Origin: Eledone cirrhosa
Lineage: Eukaryota
DNA length: 64,000 bases
Assembly: GCA_964016885.1 (NCBI GenBank)
Contig: OZ024755.1
Coordinates: forward strand, 6,014,001-6,078,000
Direction of reading: 5' to 3'
Shown here: one piece after another, positions 13,440-28,145 of the stretch
How positions within the stretch are numbered: the first letter of the stretch is position 1
How the letters are laid out: every line of letters begins with the position of its first letter
Position numbers and translations under genes: made by a program
Notes under the pieces: generated by a model
The model's database searches: none
Told to the model about the DNA's origin: nothing
What the model saw: the letters and a program-made list of their open reading frames with translations, nothing else

Positions 13440-13887
13440 GGAAAATATATAAGTATCTTATTGGAAAATATATAAGTATCCTATCGGAAAATATATAGGT
13501 ATACTATAGGAAAATATATAGGTATCCTATGGGAAAATATCTAAGTATCCTATAGGAAAATATATAAGTATCTTATTGGAAAATATATAAGTATCCTATC
13601 GGAAAATATATAGGTATACTATAGGAAAATATATAGGTATCCTATGGGAAAATATCTAAGTATCCTATAGGAAAATATATAAGTATCTTATTGGAAAATA
13701 TATAAGTATCCTATCGGAAAATATATAGGTATACTATAGGAAAATATATAGGTATCCTATGGGAAAATATCTAAGTATCCTATAGGAAAATATATAAGTA
13801 TACTATGGGAAAATATATAGGTATACTATGGGAAAATATATAGAATACTATGGGAAAATATATAAGTATCCTATCGGAAAATATATG
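13440..13887. repeat. 23-bp minisatellite with a 115-bp (5-mer) higher-order repeat
   Basis: GGAAAATATATA(A/G)GTAT(C/A)(C/T)TATN units. The same five-variant series restarts at 13440, 13555 and 13670. Confidence 0.92.
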
Positions 13888-15537
13888 GACGTCGTAGTGG
13901 CGTAATCGGAATTATGACATACGGCGTGTCTTGGATATTTAAGTCTGATGGAGTGCATCTTAGAATAGGTCTTGTTATTGATGATTTCTTGCAGAGAAAG
14001 AAGGAGAGAGAGCGAGAGAGAAAGAGAAAAGGAGAGGGAGAGAGAGAGAGAGAGAGAGGGGGGAAGAGAGAGAGGGGGGAAGAGAGAGAAAGAGAGAGAG
14101 AGAGAGAGAACAAGAAAGAAAGAGAGAGAGAGAGAACAAGAAAGAAAGAGAGATAGATAGATACATAGAGAGAGAGCGCGAAAGAGAGAAGGAATGTAAA
14201 AAAAACGACCTAGAGGAAGAATCGACTCCGTATTGGATTGGTCATTTTATTGACCTCAAAAGAATTGTCCACGGCGAAGTCACTGCTCAATTACTATGCT
14301 TAGTAGAAAGAGACAATCTGAAAACTGGTTCAGATGTGAGGGATAGTTTTGGACACGTGTTTCGACCTCAATTTCTTCTTCAGCAACAAAGTAGTCGGTA
14401 TACTTCTAAATACAGAGGACATGTAGAGAGTTTGACATATACGAACACACATAGATATTGAATTCAGGCACACAACACACACATAGACTACTATAGATAT
14501 ATATCCACACACACACACACACACCTATATATATATATCTGTGAGTGTGTATATAAATCTACCTGCCTATTTACGTTATTTTATGCCCTAAGTTAAAATT
14601 AGCCAACCGATAAATAAAGATCGATAAAATAAGTACCAGATTGATAGGATAGACTCAATAGGTTTGATAAGATCGACTAAAACTCCTTGAATGTTTCTAC
14701 TTTTGGCACAAGGCCAGAAATTAACTAGTACATTACTGGTACTTTATTTTATCGACCCCGTAAGGATGAAAGGCAAAGTTAACCTCGGCGGGATTCGAAC
14801 TAAGAATGAAAAGGGCGGTAACTCTATGCGTCAAAGCAGGGCGCCCGACCCTCACCCAATACTGCCAATCCACTGACAGTAATTGACGAAGAAAACTGCA
14901 TAGATTTAGGGTTATGAGACATCACTCTGTCTGCCAGCATGTCTGTCTGTCTGTCTGTCTGTAAGTCAGTCTACCTTTGTATTTACCTACCTAATACTAT
15001 AAATTCATTCAGCGATACCTCGGTAGTGAATCTTCCTAGACAGATCAAAGCTGGTAATCGTTCCATTTGCCTTGTTTCTCTTATTTTCATATATTTCGGA
15101 AATGCGCCACCACGTTATGAAAATCGTTATTTTAACTGATTGTTGAACCATATACACACACACAGACACATCAAACACCACACACACACACACTTACAGA
15201 TACACATACATACACACAGACACACCATACACCACACTCACACACTTACAGATACACATACATACACAGACATACACATACGCCACACAAACTTACAGAT
15301 ACACATACATACACACAGACATACACATACGCCACACAAACTTACAGATACACACACATAATACAGACATACACATATACACAGGCATACACATACACCC
15401 ATACTGACGCATACATATACAGACACGCACATACAAACACACATATAAGTAAAAGATACATACATATATATTTTGCTAAAATTTAATCTGCCATGATTAT
15501 ACAATTATTGATATAATACAATATAACATAATATGTC

Positions 15538-15568
<31 letters not shown>

Positions 15569-15629
15569 GAGCTATCTGTCTGTCTATCTATCTATATGTC
15601 TAGCTTACGAGGTTTTCTGGGGTTTATCA

Positions 15630-15925
15630 TGTTCGGTTCACAATCGTAAGGTTATGAATTCGATTCCTAGTGATGCATTGTTTCCTTGAGCAACACACTT
15701 TATTTTACGTTGTTCTAGTCTACTCAGCTGGAAAAGGTAAGTTGTACCTGTAATTTAGAAGCCCAGCCTCGTCACACAATGTATCAAGTCAAATTTTCTT
15801 GAGAAACTACATTAAGGGTACGCATTTCGGGGAAATGATTAACCATTTCCACACTAATTTCACAAGCAGATTAATCAATTGTTTTCAAACAACTGGAACA
15901 CTCGTCGTCGGAACTGACGGAGGTC
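15630..15925 (+). mobile_element. Diverged tRNA-derived SINE (family S2-related)
   Basis: cacaatcgtaaggttatgaattcgattcct...ccttgagcaacacactttattttacgttg. More diverged relatives at ~7885-8150 and 8820-8930. Confidence 0.7.
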
Positions 15926-17807
15926 CAATACATACGGACATATACAAACACACACACATACACAGAGAAATGTACACACACATACACACATACAAACATA
16001 TTCCCCCAAACATACAGGTACACACATACGCCATTGTTGACTTCGACGAAAACTGAAACATTTTATATATTCAATTTCTTCTAGATACTTTCCCTTTCAC
16101 TAGATACATTTGTAGTTCTACATAAAATATTTTATAATCATTTACTAGCTGTAGAAGTATTTTACTTCCTTTCATTTCTGGTAAATATAATCTTTCGGTG
16201 TCGGATTTTAGGTGATTCTAAATACAGTAATTAGATTTCTTCTTCACTTGTCTAGTCATGCTAATTCACATAGCTTCCAGTTAAAAATTGTATAACTATA
16301 ATGATAGTTCATTCATTGGTAAGCATATGTAGGTCTGTGTTTAACTAATTTTCTGGTAAGCATATGTAGGTCTGTGTTTAACTAATTTTCTTTTCTGTCT
16401 TTCTAGATATAACCTGATATTAGTGGTTTTCATTAACTTTTCTCACATCAATCTTGTCTTCACGCATTTTCTTAAACCGAATTAATTTTTCTACTGAGTC
16501 CCTGCACTATATTTTGTGTCTAACAGTCTTTCTAGCTGTTTGACTGTGTTGAAGAATATATTGATTGATTGAGGGACCGTTTCAAAGCCTTGGTCAAGCA
16601 CAGTTTTGTCCATGTCAGAAAAGACAGGGTGACCACTGCTTGATACTATATCCGATATTCTATCAACACGTCCTTCTACATAGATATCTCAATGCAAATG
16701 TTACATCACCGACGCTTAACTCCTTGTGGAGCCTTAGGGACACCCTCGTAGCATTTAAACCAAACTACCTGAGGACGTCCATCGTTAAGGTGGAACACAA
16801 CCGATTCTTCCAGAGAGAGAGAAAGAGAGAGAGAAAGAAAGAGATAGATAGATAGAGGAGGGAATGGAAGAATCGATCCCAGTATTCGATTGGTACTTTG
16901 TTTATCGACCCCAAACGGATGAAACGCAAAGTTAAGCATGATAGGATTTAAATACAAATCTCAAAAAGGTAGGAACAAATGCTGAAAAGTATTTTATCTG
17001 AAGTTTTAACCACTTTACCACCAATTGACCATATTTTAATGTAAATAGTGAGCATTGAATATCTATTGCCTATTATAACCAATGTTTATTTGAACTGATT
17101 ATAAATTATTGATGTATTTAAATCGATTTAACTATGTTAGTGTATGATAAATATATCAAAGTAAGTCTGTCAATGGCTGTAGTAAATCTGATAAAGTCAG
17201 TAAGTGATATTAACCTTTCTGTGACCAGATTTCTTATGAAATATACAGTCTTTAGATTCATTAAAGAAGGATTTATTAAAATTATTAATTATTTCATTAT
17301 CAAGATGATATTTGAAACATAATTAAACAAAAGGTATTCATATCAATTTAAAATAGGTGGTTTTGTCTTTCGTAGAACTGAGCCGGGTTATGTCGGTTTG
17401 ATATCAAAAGAGTTTAAATGGAATGACAGATAAAGAAACGATAAGAGAACCAAAAAATAAAAAAAACACACAACAAAAATAAAAAAATAGAGAAAAATAA
17501 AAATAAATAACAGCAACAACAAAAAAATGCAAAAAAACAAACCCCAACGAAATAAGTGTTATTTGTTGGGATAAATTTTATATGGAACTTTTGAACTTTG
17601 TTCATGTTTTCTGTATATATATGTATAGGTAGAAAAGAAATGATCAGAGGAGCGGAGTTTGATTTCTCGTAAAGGCAGCAGGCCACCTTTTATCGACTAT
17701 TGGAGTATTTTACTTGATTTTTAAGCTATTTATAGCAATCCACTGGGATAATAATTATTTTGTGTGTTTGAGATTTCTACATTTTCTAATAACACACACA
17801 CACACAC

Positions 17808-17867
<60 letters not shown>

Positions 17868-18359
17868 CATATATATATTCACATGAGATAGAGTTACATT
17901 GGAAGCGATTTAATAGTCCCTATATTTCGGATTACATATCCCTCAACAGGGGTTTTTCCGAGGGGAAAAATTGTGTCGGGGGACAACAACATTTGGCCTT
18001 CGTTGTTTACCGTGGGCGTACATGCACATACACACACATATATGTAATATCTTCAATATATATATATATATATATATGTAAATCCTAACACACAGGAGTA
18101 TTATCTATAAAAACATATATATTCTTTTATAATTTGAACCTAGTGCTTTTGTTCTTTACGGAACCTATCAAAATATAAGGTTATTTTTTGTTTAAATACA
18201 TATATATTTATCAGAAACAGCTAAAGTTGCAACACGGTGTAACTGTATGAACCATCTGCTGTATATGAATATATATCAAAGATGTATATTGAGTAAGAAA
18301 CTCAAAATAGTCTCTTACAATTAAATAGCTCAAAGAAAGAGGTTTTTCTGAGCCGTGTA

Positions 18360-18562
18360 ATATAATTGAATATAAAAGAGAGATAAACACAGATATATAC
18401 ATATATGTGTTCGCTAGGGTGAAAAAATACTAACTATTAACAATATGGTTTGCCAGACTCAATTTAGATAGTATGTTTTCACCCTAGCGAACTTGGTCCC
18501 TTACGATTTGAACGCATATATGTGTTTATCTTTCTTTTATATTCTTTTATATTCAATTATAT
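18360..18562. mobile_element. MITE-like inverted-repeat element
   Basis: Outer TATAATTGAATATAAAAGA...TCTTTTATATTCAATTATA and inner GTTCGCTAGGGTGAAAA...TTTTCACCCTAGCGAAC. Confidence 0.65.
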
Positions 18563-19145
18563 ATAGGAATCAATGAATTCTATAAATCCTACATATATTC
18601 ATTGCACTTATTTATTACAGCACTCAACTGTACATAGACTGTACATAGATAAGTATTTGTGTCTAGATGTATGGAGATATATTCATACATACACACACAT
18701 ATATATATATTTATATATATATATAGACATATATATATATAATACACACACATATATATATATATACACAAACACATATATACACACACACATATATATA
18801 TATACACACAAACACATATATACACACACACATATATATATATACACACATATATATACACACACATATATATATATATATATACACACACATATATATA
18901 CAGACATATATATACACATATATATATATACATATATATATATATACACACACATATATATATATACACACATATATATATATACACACATATATATATA
19001 TACACACATATATATATATACACACATATATATATATATATACACATATATATATACACACATATATATATATATATACACACACATATATATATATATA
19101 TACACACACATATATATATATATATACACACACATATATATATAT

Positions 19146-19234
<89 letters not shown>

Positions 19235-19335
19235 CACACACATATATATATATATATATACACACATATATATATATATATATACACACACATATATATA
19301 TATATATATACACACACATATATATATATATATAT

Positions 19336-19382
<47 letters not shown>

Positions 19383-19423
19383 TATATATATATATATATA
19401 TACACACACATATATATATATAT

Positions 19424-19546
<123 letters not shown>

Positions 19547-19631
19547 CATATATATATACACATATATATATACACACACATATATACACACACATATATA
19601 TATACACATATATATATATATATATATACAC

Positions 19632-19662
<31 letters not shown>

Positions 19663-20424
19663 TATATACACACAATTATATATATACACACACATATATA
19701 TACACACACACATATATACATACATACATACATATATATACACACACATATATACACATGCATATATATATATACATATGTACAGAGAGAGAGAGAGGGG
19801 GTTGATATATATATATATATATATATATAGTTACATGTACAAATACGCACACATTTACATACAAATACACACATCTACATATATGTTTGTATATATATAT
19901 ATATATATATATACAGACACACACACACAAACACACATATATATATATACATACATACACACAAACATCATTCTGTTGGGATCTTTGCTGAGTACGAACA
20001 TTTCCAACAATTCCAATTACGAGATCATCACGAACTCACGCAATGTCACATAATCAATATATCACATCCATTTAGTACATTTTGTTTACCTGACCAGGTT
20101 GTTTTGCAATCATGTGTGTTTTATAGTTTCATACTCCAGGTAGAGAAAGATGAAAATAAATAATAAAATAAATAATAAAAATAATGAATAAATGAACAAA
20201 CAAACATAAAATAATAAAAATAAAACAAAATCAACAAAAATTAAATTTTAACAAACATACAAACAAACAAACGAGATTGATCGAATATCTCGCCATGAGC
20301 GTTATTTGTAACGTTAGTTTGATTAGAAAGTTTTTTTTAAACATGGAATCAGTTAATTGGTCTTTTATCATCATTACTATGCTTAGTTTTTAAAATAAAA
20401 TGTGTACTTAAGGAAATTAGTTAC

Positions 20425-20518
20425 CTGCCGTTTGGTTAAGGAACCAGTCACTATTTCGCTTGTAATAAGCCCATGAATTGGTTGAGTTCATGCCTCCTTC
20501 TACTCCACAGCAATGGAA
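20425..20518 (-). CDS. Tetraspanin internal exon (large extracellular loop, CCG motif)
   Basis: Minus strand reads ...tcattaacag|TTC CAT TGC TGT GGA...ACG GCA G|gtaact. 94 nt, FHCCGVEGGMNSTNSWAYYKRNSDWFLNQTA plus 1 nt. Phase 1 end matches the start phase of exon 5180-5030. Confidence 0.92.
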
Positions 20519-20525
20519 CTGTTAA

Positions 20526-20527
20526 TG

Positions 20528-20577
<50 letters not shown>

Positions 20578-20728
20578 TGTTTCTATTTTTGGCACAAGGC
20601 CAGCAATTACCCAGTGCATTACTGGTACTTTATTTTATCGGCGGGATTTGAACTCAGATCGTTAAGGGACGTAACTATGCTGGAAAGCATGGCGTCCGAC
20701 CCTCTACCGATACTGTTAATCCACCATG
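20526..20728 (-). mobile_element. S1 SINE with (ATT)n tail abutting the tetraspanin splice acceptor
   Basis: SINE body ~20576-20728 is internally deleted. The (AAT)n tract 20526-20577 ends about 6 nt from the acceptor AG at 20520-20519. Confidence 0.85.
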
Positions 20729-21189
20729 GTTTCTTATATAGGCACAAGGCCAGTAATTACATTACCCAATTGATTGGAGGCAGGGTCTGAACTCAAAATA
20801 TATAGAGCCGAAACAAGTACAGCAAAGTACAGGCAATTCTTTATCAATTCCTCTAATCAACCACTATAATCGTTTCGTTAACCTACCACCATCTACTGGT
20901 ACTCTATTTATCGACGTCAAAATGATGAAAGGAAAAGTTCACCTCGGCAACAGTTCAACTTAGACGCAGAGACCCGATGAAAATAAATACCACAAGGTAT
21001 TTAATCCTACACCCTAACGAGTCTGCCCATCCACCGTCTTGTGTGTATGTATACCGAGAGTCAATTGAATCGAATGTACTTTTAAATTTGCGACTTTGTG
21101 CCAAAATATGAAAACAAATCAATAATGAAAATTAAACAGACGGAAGAAAACCAATGTGTGAGAGAAAACATCAGTACAGCTACCGATAC

Positions 21190-21695
21190 CCCACCACCGC
21201 CAACACCACCACCGTAACACCAATGTCATTAACACCACCACTACCAATACCACTACTAACACCACTACCAACAACACTACTAACACCACTGCTACCAACA
21301 CCAACACTACCAACACCACTACTAACACCACTGCTACCAACACCAACACCACCACCACTACCAACACCACTACTAACACCACCACCACCACCAACACCAA
21401 CACTACCAACACCACGACTAACACCACTGCTACCAACACCAACACCACCACCACTACCAACACCACTACTAACACCACCACCAACACCAACACTACCAAC
21501 ACCACTACTAACACCACCACCACTACCAACACCACTACTAACACCACCACCAACACCAACACTACCAACACCACGACTAACACCACTGCTACCAACACCA
21601 ACACCACCACCAACACCACCACCACCACTACCAACACCACTGCTACCAACACCACCACCAACAACACCACCACCACCACCACCACCACCACTACC
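21190..21695. repeat. (CCA/ACA/CTA)n low-complexity triplet repeat
   Basis: Direct inspection. Similar tracts at 13010-13180 and 40190-40600. Confidence 0.9.
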
Positions 21696-22118
21696 AATTC
21701 TCTCCCAGACCCTACAAAAAATTTTACAAAAAATTCTAACTATGAAATCTCAAAGAAAAACAACATAATTAAAAGAAATAGGAATTAAAGTTAATTGAAA
21801 TATTTTGTGTAATTAGAAGACGACTAAATTAAATAGGACGTTTGATAATTTTAAGAAAATATTTACAAGATTCTGAAAGAAAAATGTTAATAATTTCATA
21901 TATGTAAATCTCGTGCCTATATATGGAGTTAATAACATTTTTCTTTCAGTTGTTATGGATAGGGTATATGTTTATTGAAATGTACCTAAGTACATGACAG
22001 GTTCTTTATATGCCACAGCAGAGGTTCGACGAGTTTTTGATTCCTGAGTCGGGCTAGATCGATATAGATCGAACCTTGAACTGATTAATAGCCAAACGCG
22101 CGTCACTACTCAATAAAC

Positions 22119-22156
<38 letters not shown>

Positions 22157-22189
22157 TCTCTAACCTGTTGATATATATATATATATATA

Positions 22190-22392
22190 TAGGAACGAGT
22201 AGGACCCCGACGGCTGAGCTCAAGCCGTTTCGAGGGCTAATTCTGGACTAAATTTAGTCCAGAATTAGCCGTCGAAACGGCTTGAGCTCAGCCGTCGGGG
22301 TCCTACTCGTTCCTATTACCCACTATACTACCCTAAGTATTGAGTACTTTGGTGCGTTATGGTCCATTTGGCTCCTTACCACATTTTATTCG

Positions 22393-22396
<4 letters not shown>
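22190..22396. mobile_element. Foldback family A copy (~62-bp arms), in (TA)n
   Basis: Near-perfect palindrome centred at about 22252 (...ctggactaaatttagtccag...), followed by the unique arm. Confidence 0.88.
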
Positions 22397-22448
<52 letters not shown>

Positions 22449-22489
22449 CAGCGACTATGAGTAAACGAAGTTAATTCTCTAACTTGTTG

Positions 22490-22533
<44 letters not shown>

Positions 22534-23558
22534 TACAGCAGGTTTTCGGGGTGTGAACAATGAAGTCAACTTCCAAGGAAGATTTGAAATCCATCTGTAA
22601 AGCGATGGAACTTAACATTGAAAGTAAGATCGATAAAATAAGAACTAGATATAAGAACGAAATAATACGTATTGAAGTCAACAAGATCGATTAAATCTAT
22701 TCAAAGCGGTGTCCCAGCATGGCCGAGTTTAATGATTGAAACTAGTAAACAGTAAAAGAACCCTTTCGTCTGAAGTGAACCAATATAAACACACATTAAC
22801 GGATAATCCTAATAAGAAAAAAAAATAAACAGCATCAAAACAGATGATAGATTTCGTGAGAGATTGATACAGTATAAAAATAGATAAAAAAGCCAGTTCA
22901 ACGTGAATTTGTAAAGAAGAATGGATGAAATACTCATACAGTGTTTCTAGTCGGATATTTTACAACCGAATGATGTATTTCCTTGTTTACAGTGTATTAT
23001 TTTTTATATCTTGAAAATGAAATCATATGTCAGAGAAACATCATCTAAAAACATGAAAACACGATTTTCGTAACAATAATCTCATGAACGGCTGGCGATT
23101 GAGTAGTGAGACGAAATGTCCTGTGTACTGCTTTTTTTATTGATTCCCCAGTTGAAAGAATTCCGTTCATAGCGAGGATTCAATTAAACGACACTATAAT
23201 TCCGTTATTAATGGGATTTCGGGTAAGCATACTTGAAATATGTCATGGGCAGATGACATTACACTTATCGATATATCGGATGTCCAGAACTACAGAAAAA
23301 AACCCCGCAAACAAACTATAATATAATATCGCAAAAACAAGAGAAAAAGTTGAACAATTAATTACGTTTGGATTGAGTTTTTATCGTGGAAAATTGCATC
23401 TGGAATTCAATAAATCTAGAAAGCTTTTATTTTCCGCCATTTTTATATCTTATTTGTTCTTGTTTCTTCATTCCGACTCTTTCTGTCGACACGAACACAA
23501 AGACTAGTTATATATGTGTGTGTTGTGTGTTCCCCAGCACACATGACCACACAAATAC

Positions 23559-23623
<65 letters not shown>

Positions 23624-23674
23624 TGTGTATATATGTTTAGATACATAAGTATGTAAGTATGTACGTATGCAGGG

Positions 23675-23716
<42 letters not shown>

Positions 23717-24237
23717 GTGGAAGAAAAAACAGTAATAGAGAGATGAAACGAGATCATATTATAGAGCGTGATAAAGAGTACCGATATATATATATATATA
23801 TATATATACATACAGAGAGTGTACATATATATATACTCACACTACATAAGATGTTTACTTATACACATACAAATGCATAATACGTACATACATCCCTCTA
23901 TCCATACGTACATACACACATACTTAAATGCATGTATATATACGGACATACATATATACATACATACATGATGGCTGCCTCCTCGTTATCGAGTATGGCC
24001 ATTGCACGAAAAATAATAATAATAACAATAATTGTTTCTACTTTTGGCACAAGGCCAGCAATTTTACAGTGTATTACTGGTACTTTATTTTATCGACCCC
24101 GTAAGGATGAAAGGCAAAGTTAACCTCGACGGGATTTGAACTCAGACCGCAAAGGGACGTAACTATGCTAGAAAGCATGGCGTCCAACCCTCTACCGATA
24201 ATAATAATAATAAAAAAATAAATATATATATACATAG

Positions 24238-24272
<35 letters not shown>

Positions 24273-24778
24273 CATACACATATATATACTTACACACACA
24301 CACATATATATATATATATTAACAATTAACATACATATATTGATATAGATGTTATGAAACATTTGCGCATGCACAAACATACATACATACTTGTGTTGTA
24401 CAGGTTTCAGTCTTCAGGTCATTCTTATGTCGAAACACCAGAATGACTGACATAGGGCCTGGTGCCAAAACTAGAAACAATTATAGTTCTATGGATTTAA
24501 TGGAGGAATGAGTTATTTTTCGCAAGATGGCGTCAATCATATAGAGCAAATTATCCACTTGTAACCTTAATATTATGCTACCTTCTCACGAAATATTACT
24601 GTTGCCCCATAGCAGCTCACTGAATAATTACGGTGTATTTGAGGCTACTTGTCTGTCTGTCTGTGTGTCTGCTCGCCCGTCTGTCTGTCTGTTCGCCCGT
24701 CTGTCTGTCTATCTATCTCTGTTTGTCTGATCGCCCGTATGTCTGTCTGTCTGTCTCTATTTTTTTTATTGATCGATC

Positions 24779-24970
24779 TACAAAGGTCGTCTGAGAAGCT
24801 TATAGGCTGACAATGAAGGATTGATGCTAGAGCTATGAAATCTTGCATGCATTAATTTCAACTCTTTTTATAAATAGCAGCATTGTTTCTTTTCAGGGAC
24901 TATTTTGAAAAATAAACCTCATTTGGTCATTGCATGAGAGTATCATGGTCAGCCTATGAACCTTCCAGTC
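24779..24970. mobile_element. Tc1/mariner-type MITE, diverged
   Basis: Starts TACAAAGGTCGTCTGAGAAGCTTATAGGCTGAC and ends GTCAGCCTATGAACCTTCCAG. The inverted ATAGGCTGAC/GTCAGCCTAT and a TA-C start are mariner-like. Confidence 0.6.
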
Positions 24971-24992
24971 TATGAGATTTTCAACCCATCCT

Positions 24993-25033
<41 letters not shown>

Positions 25034-25233
25034 TCATCCATCTATATTTATATTAATTTGACTCAGATCTGCGTTACTAGCAGTTTCACAGATGCAAAAC
25101 ACACGTTGGACGTTGGGACGATTCAGGACTTTAATCTTCGCAATATATATTAAGTATTCTTTGCCTTCATCCAGAATTCCCTCTCTCTTTCTCTTTGTGT
25201 ATATATATATATATATATCCATAAATGTATGTA

Positions 25234-25315
<82 letters not shown>

Positions 25316-26207
25316 TCTTTATCTGTACGTATGTACATTTTACTCTCAGCCTCTTTACACATATGATATACAAGATAACGAATTCAACCAATATTTTAGA
25401 TATTTGTTGCAAAGGGGAAAAAATAATTACAATACACGAGTCATGTCGGAAATAAGAAGTCTGAAAATATATCTAAAATAGATGGTTTTTCTCTTAACAT
25501 TCCACTACAACAACTCTAATGAGAAAAGATGGGATAGAAAAAGTATACAGTCTTCAATGCCTATGGCACAATGATTTATAAATTCACTGGTGGTCGACTA
25601 TATAGATTTCTTCAACCTCATCTATTTCATCCATTTTACAAGATGGCAACAACATTCTCGTCCATCATCACACGGGACGTTTAAGCTTTCTTTTAGTTTC
25701 TTTCTTTATATTTATCTTTTATATATCCCTGTTTTTATTTGACGTAGTCCGGTCAGCTTCTTTTGCTAATGTTGGTGGTGAAGGTTGCGGTGTTATTGTT
25801 GTTGTTGTTGTTCAGCCAAGCCACCTGAGGGATCTGATTGAGTAGACCTATCAATATCGTTCCAGTCGTGAACATCTGTTTTTTGTTTTTATTTTCTACT
25901 CTGTTTATCGGGAGGATACTCCATGTTCTAGTGTGAAAGTTAAACTTTAAGGTAACTGTTAGTTTCATACATACAACATCGTTTACAGTTGCTCAATAAA
26001 GGTACGAACGCTATATAATATGATATAATTGTTTCTACTTTTGGCACAAGGCCATCAATTACCCAGTACATTACTGGTACTTTATTTTATCGACCCCGTA
26101 AGGAAGAAAGGCAAAGTAAACCTCGGCGGGATTTGAACTCAGACCGTAAAGGGACGTAACTATGCTGCAAAGCCTGGCGCCCGACTCTCTACCGATACTG
26201 CCAATCC

Positions 26208-26878
26208 ATAATATAATATAATATAATATAATATAAATATAATATAATATAATATAAATATAATATAATATAATATAATATAATATAATATAATATAAAT
26301 ATAATATAAATATAATATAAATATAATATAATATAATATAAATATAATATAAATATAATATAATATAATATAAATATAATATAATATAATATAAATATAA
26401 TATAATATAATATAAATATAATATAATATAATATAAATATAATATAATATAAATATAATATAATATAATATAATATATAATATAATATAAATATAATATA
26501 ATATAAATATAATATAAATATAATATAATATAATATAATATAATATAATATAATATAAATATAATATAATATAATATAAATATAATATAAATATAATATA
26601 AATATAATATAATATAATATAAATATAATATAATATAAATATAATATAATATAATATAATATAAATATAATATAATATTAATATAATATAATATAATATA
26701 ATATAAATATAATATAATATAAATATAATATAATATAATATAATATAAATATAATATAAATATAATATAATATAATATAATATAATATAAATATAATATA
26801 ATATAAATATAATATAATATAATATAATATAAATATAATATAATATAATATAATGTAATACAATATAATATAATATAA
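26208..26878. repeat. (AATAT)n pentanucleotide microsatellite between two S1 SINEs
   Basis: Direct inspection. Confidence 0.95.
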
Positions 26879-27449
26879 TTGTTTCTACTTTTGGCACAAG
26901 GCCAGCAATTACCCAGTACATTACTGGTACTTTATTTTATCGACCCCGTAAGGATGAAAGGCAAAGTTAACCTCGGCAGGATTTGAACTCAGACCGTAAA
27001 GGGCCTATAATATAATATAATGTAATATATATTCAACCCTTACCAGCATGGAAGGGTGACATAAAATGGTGAGGGTGATAATGATGATGTTGATGAGATG
27101 ATATAGTATATGGTGCTATATATATCTCCATATTCAGGTTGGTTAACTTCATACATATTGATAGATTGAGAAATAACGGCTACGTGTAACAATCACTGCC
27201 CAAGCGTCTTAAAATATGATCATCATTATTCATAACGTCTACCACGCCATCTTGTCAAGGTACAGCCGGGTCCTTTTACCATGTGATGTTTCTATTTTCA
27301 TAATAATCATGCTTGAGGAGACAGGCTCCATTTAGGCATATATGTGAAGAAGTTTTTTGACAAGCTGGAAGAAATGACTCGTGAAACAGTTAAGTAGGAC
27401 ATGATAAGTTAGTATTGATTTCTGATAGGGAAGGGAAATGTTGAGACAT

Positions 27450-27640
27450 TCGGTGGATTGGTAGTATCGGTAGAGCGTCGGACGCCATGCTTTGCAGCAA
27501 GGAGTTACGGCCCTTTATGGTCTGAGTTCAAATCCCGCCGAGCTTAACTTTGCCTTTCATCCTTACGGGGTCGATAAAATAAAGTACCAGTAATACACTG
27601 AAATAATTGCTGGCCTTGTGCCTAACGTAGAAACAATTAT
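27450..27640 (+). mobile_element. S1 SINE, plus orientation
   Basis: cggtggattggtagtatcggtagag...GAGTTCAAATCC...gcctttcatccttacggggtcgataaaataaagtaccag...agaaacaatt. A 3' fragment in the same orientation lies at ~38198-38278. Confidence 0.88.
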
Positions 27641-27734
27641 ATGTATGTATGGTACTCTCAGAAACTGAAACCAGATTACTGACAGTTGTTAGAGAGTCGC
27701 CATATATATATTTGTTTCTGTTATGGTGTTGTTT

Positions 27735-28145
27735 GAAGGTACGTAGCTTAATAATTAGAGTGTTAGACTCACGATCTTTTGCTCGCGGATTCAATTCCTG
27801 TCCCAGATGGCGCGCTGTGTTTCTGAGCAAAGGACTTTATTTCAGATGGCTTCTTCTGCCAGGTAAATGGCAAAAATAGTAGCTTAATAGATAGGGTGTG
27901 GCCTCACGATCTTTCGCTCACGGGTTCAATTCCTGGCCCAGATGGCGCGCTGTGTTTCTGAGCAAAGGACTTTATTTCAGATGGCTTCTTCTGCCAGGTA
28001 AATGGCAACAATAGTAGCTTAATAGATAGGGTGTGGCCTCACGATCTTTCGCTCACGGGTTCTATTCCTGGCCCAGATGGCGCGCTGTGTTTCTGAGCAA
28101 AGGACTTTATTTCAGATGGCTTCTTCTGCTATGTAGATGACAAAA
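27735..28145 (+). repeat. Three tandem 135-bp copies of an S2-like SINE head and core
   Basis: ctcacgatctt starts at 27768, 27903 and 28038. Each unit has a B-box-like GGTTCAATTCC variant and tgtgtttctgagcaaaggactttatttca. Confidence 0.85.

Noticed and set aside
21119-21768. Pro/Thr-rich mucin- or extensin-like ORFs (also 12942-13244 and 40075-40700)
   Set aside because: Triplet low-complexity repeats open in multiple frames, with no splice or domain support.
23233-23289. 57-nt open minus-strand segment with AG/GT boundaries (FWTSDISISVMSSAHDIFQ) as the upstream tetraspanin exon
   Set aside because: Phase would fit, but it lacks the expected helix pattern (WDxxQxx) and length. Needs transcript evidence.
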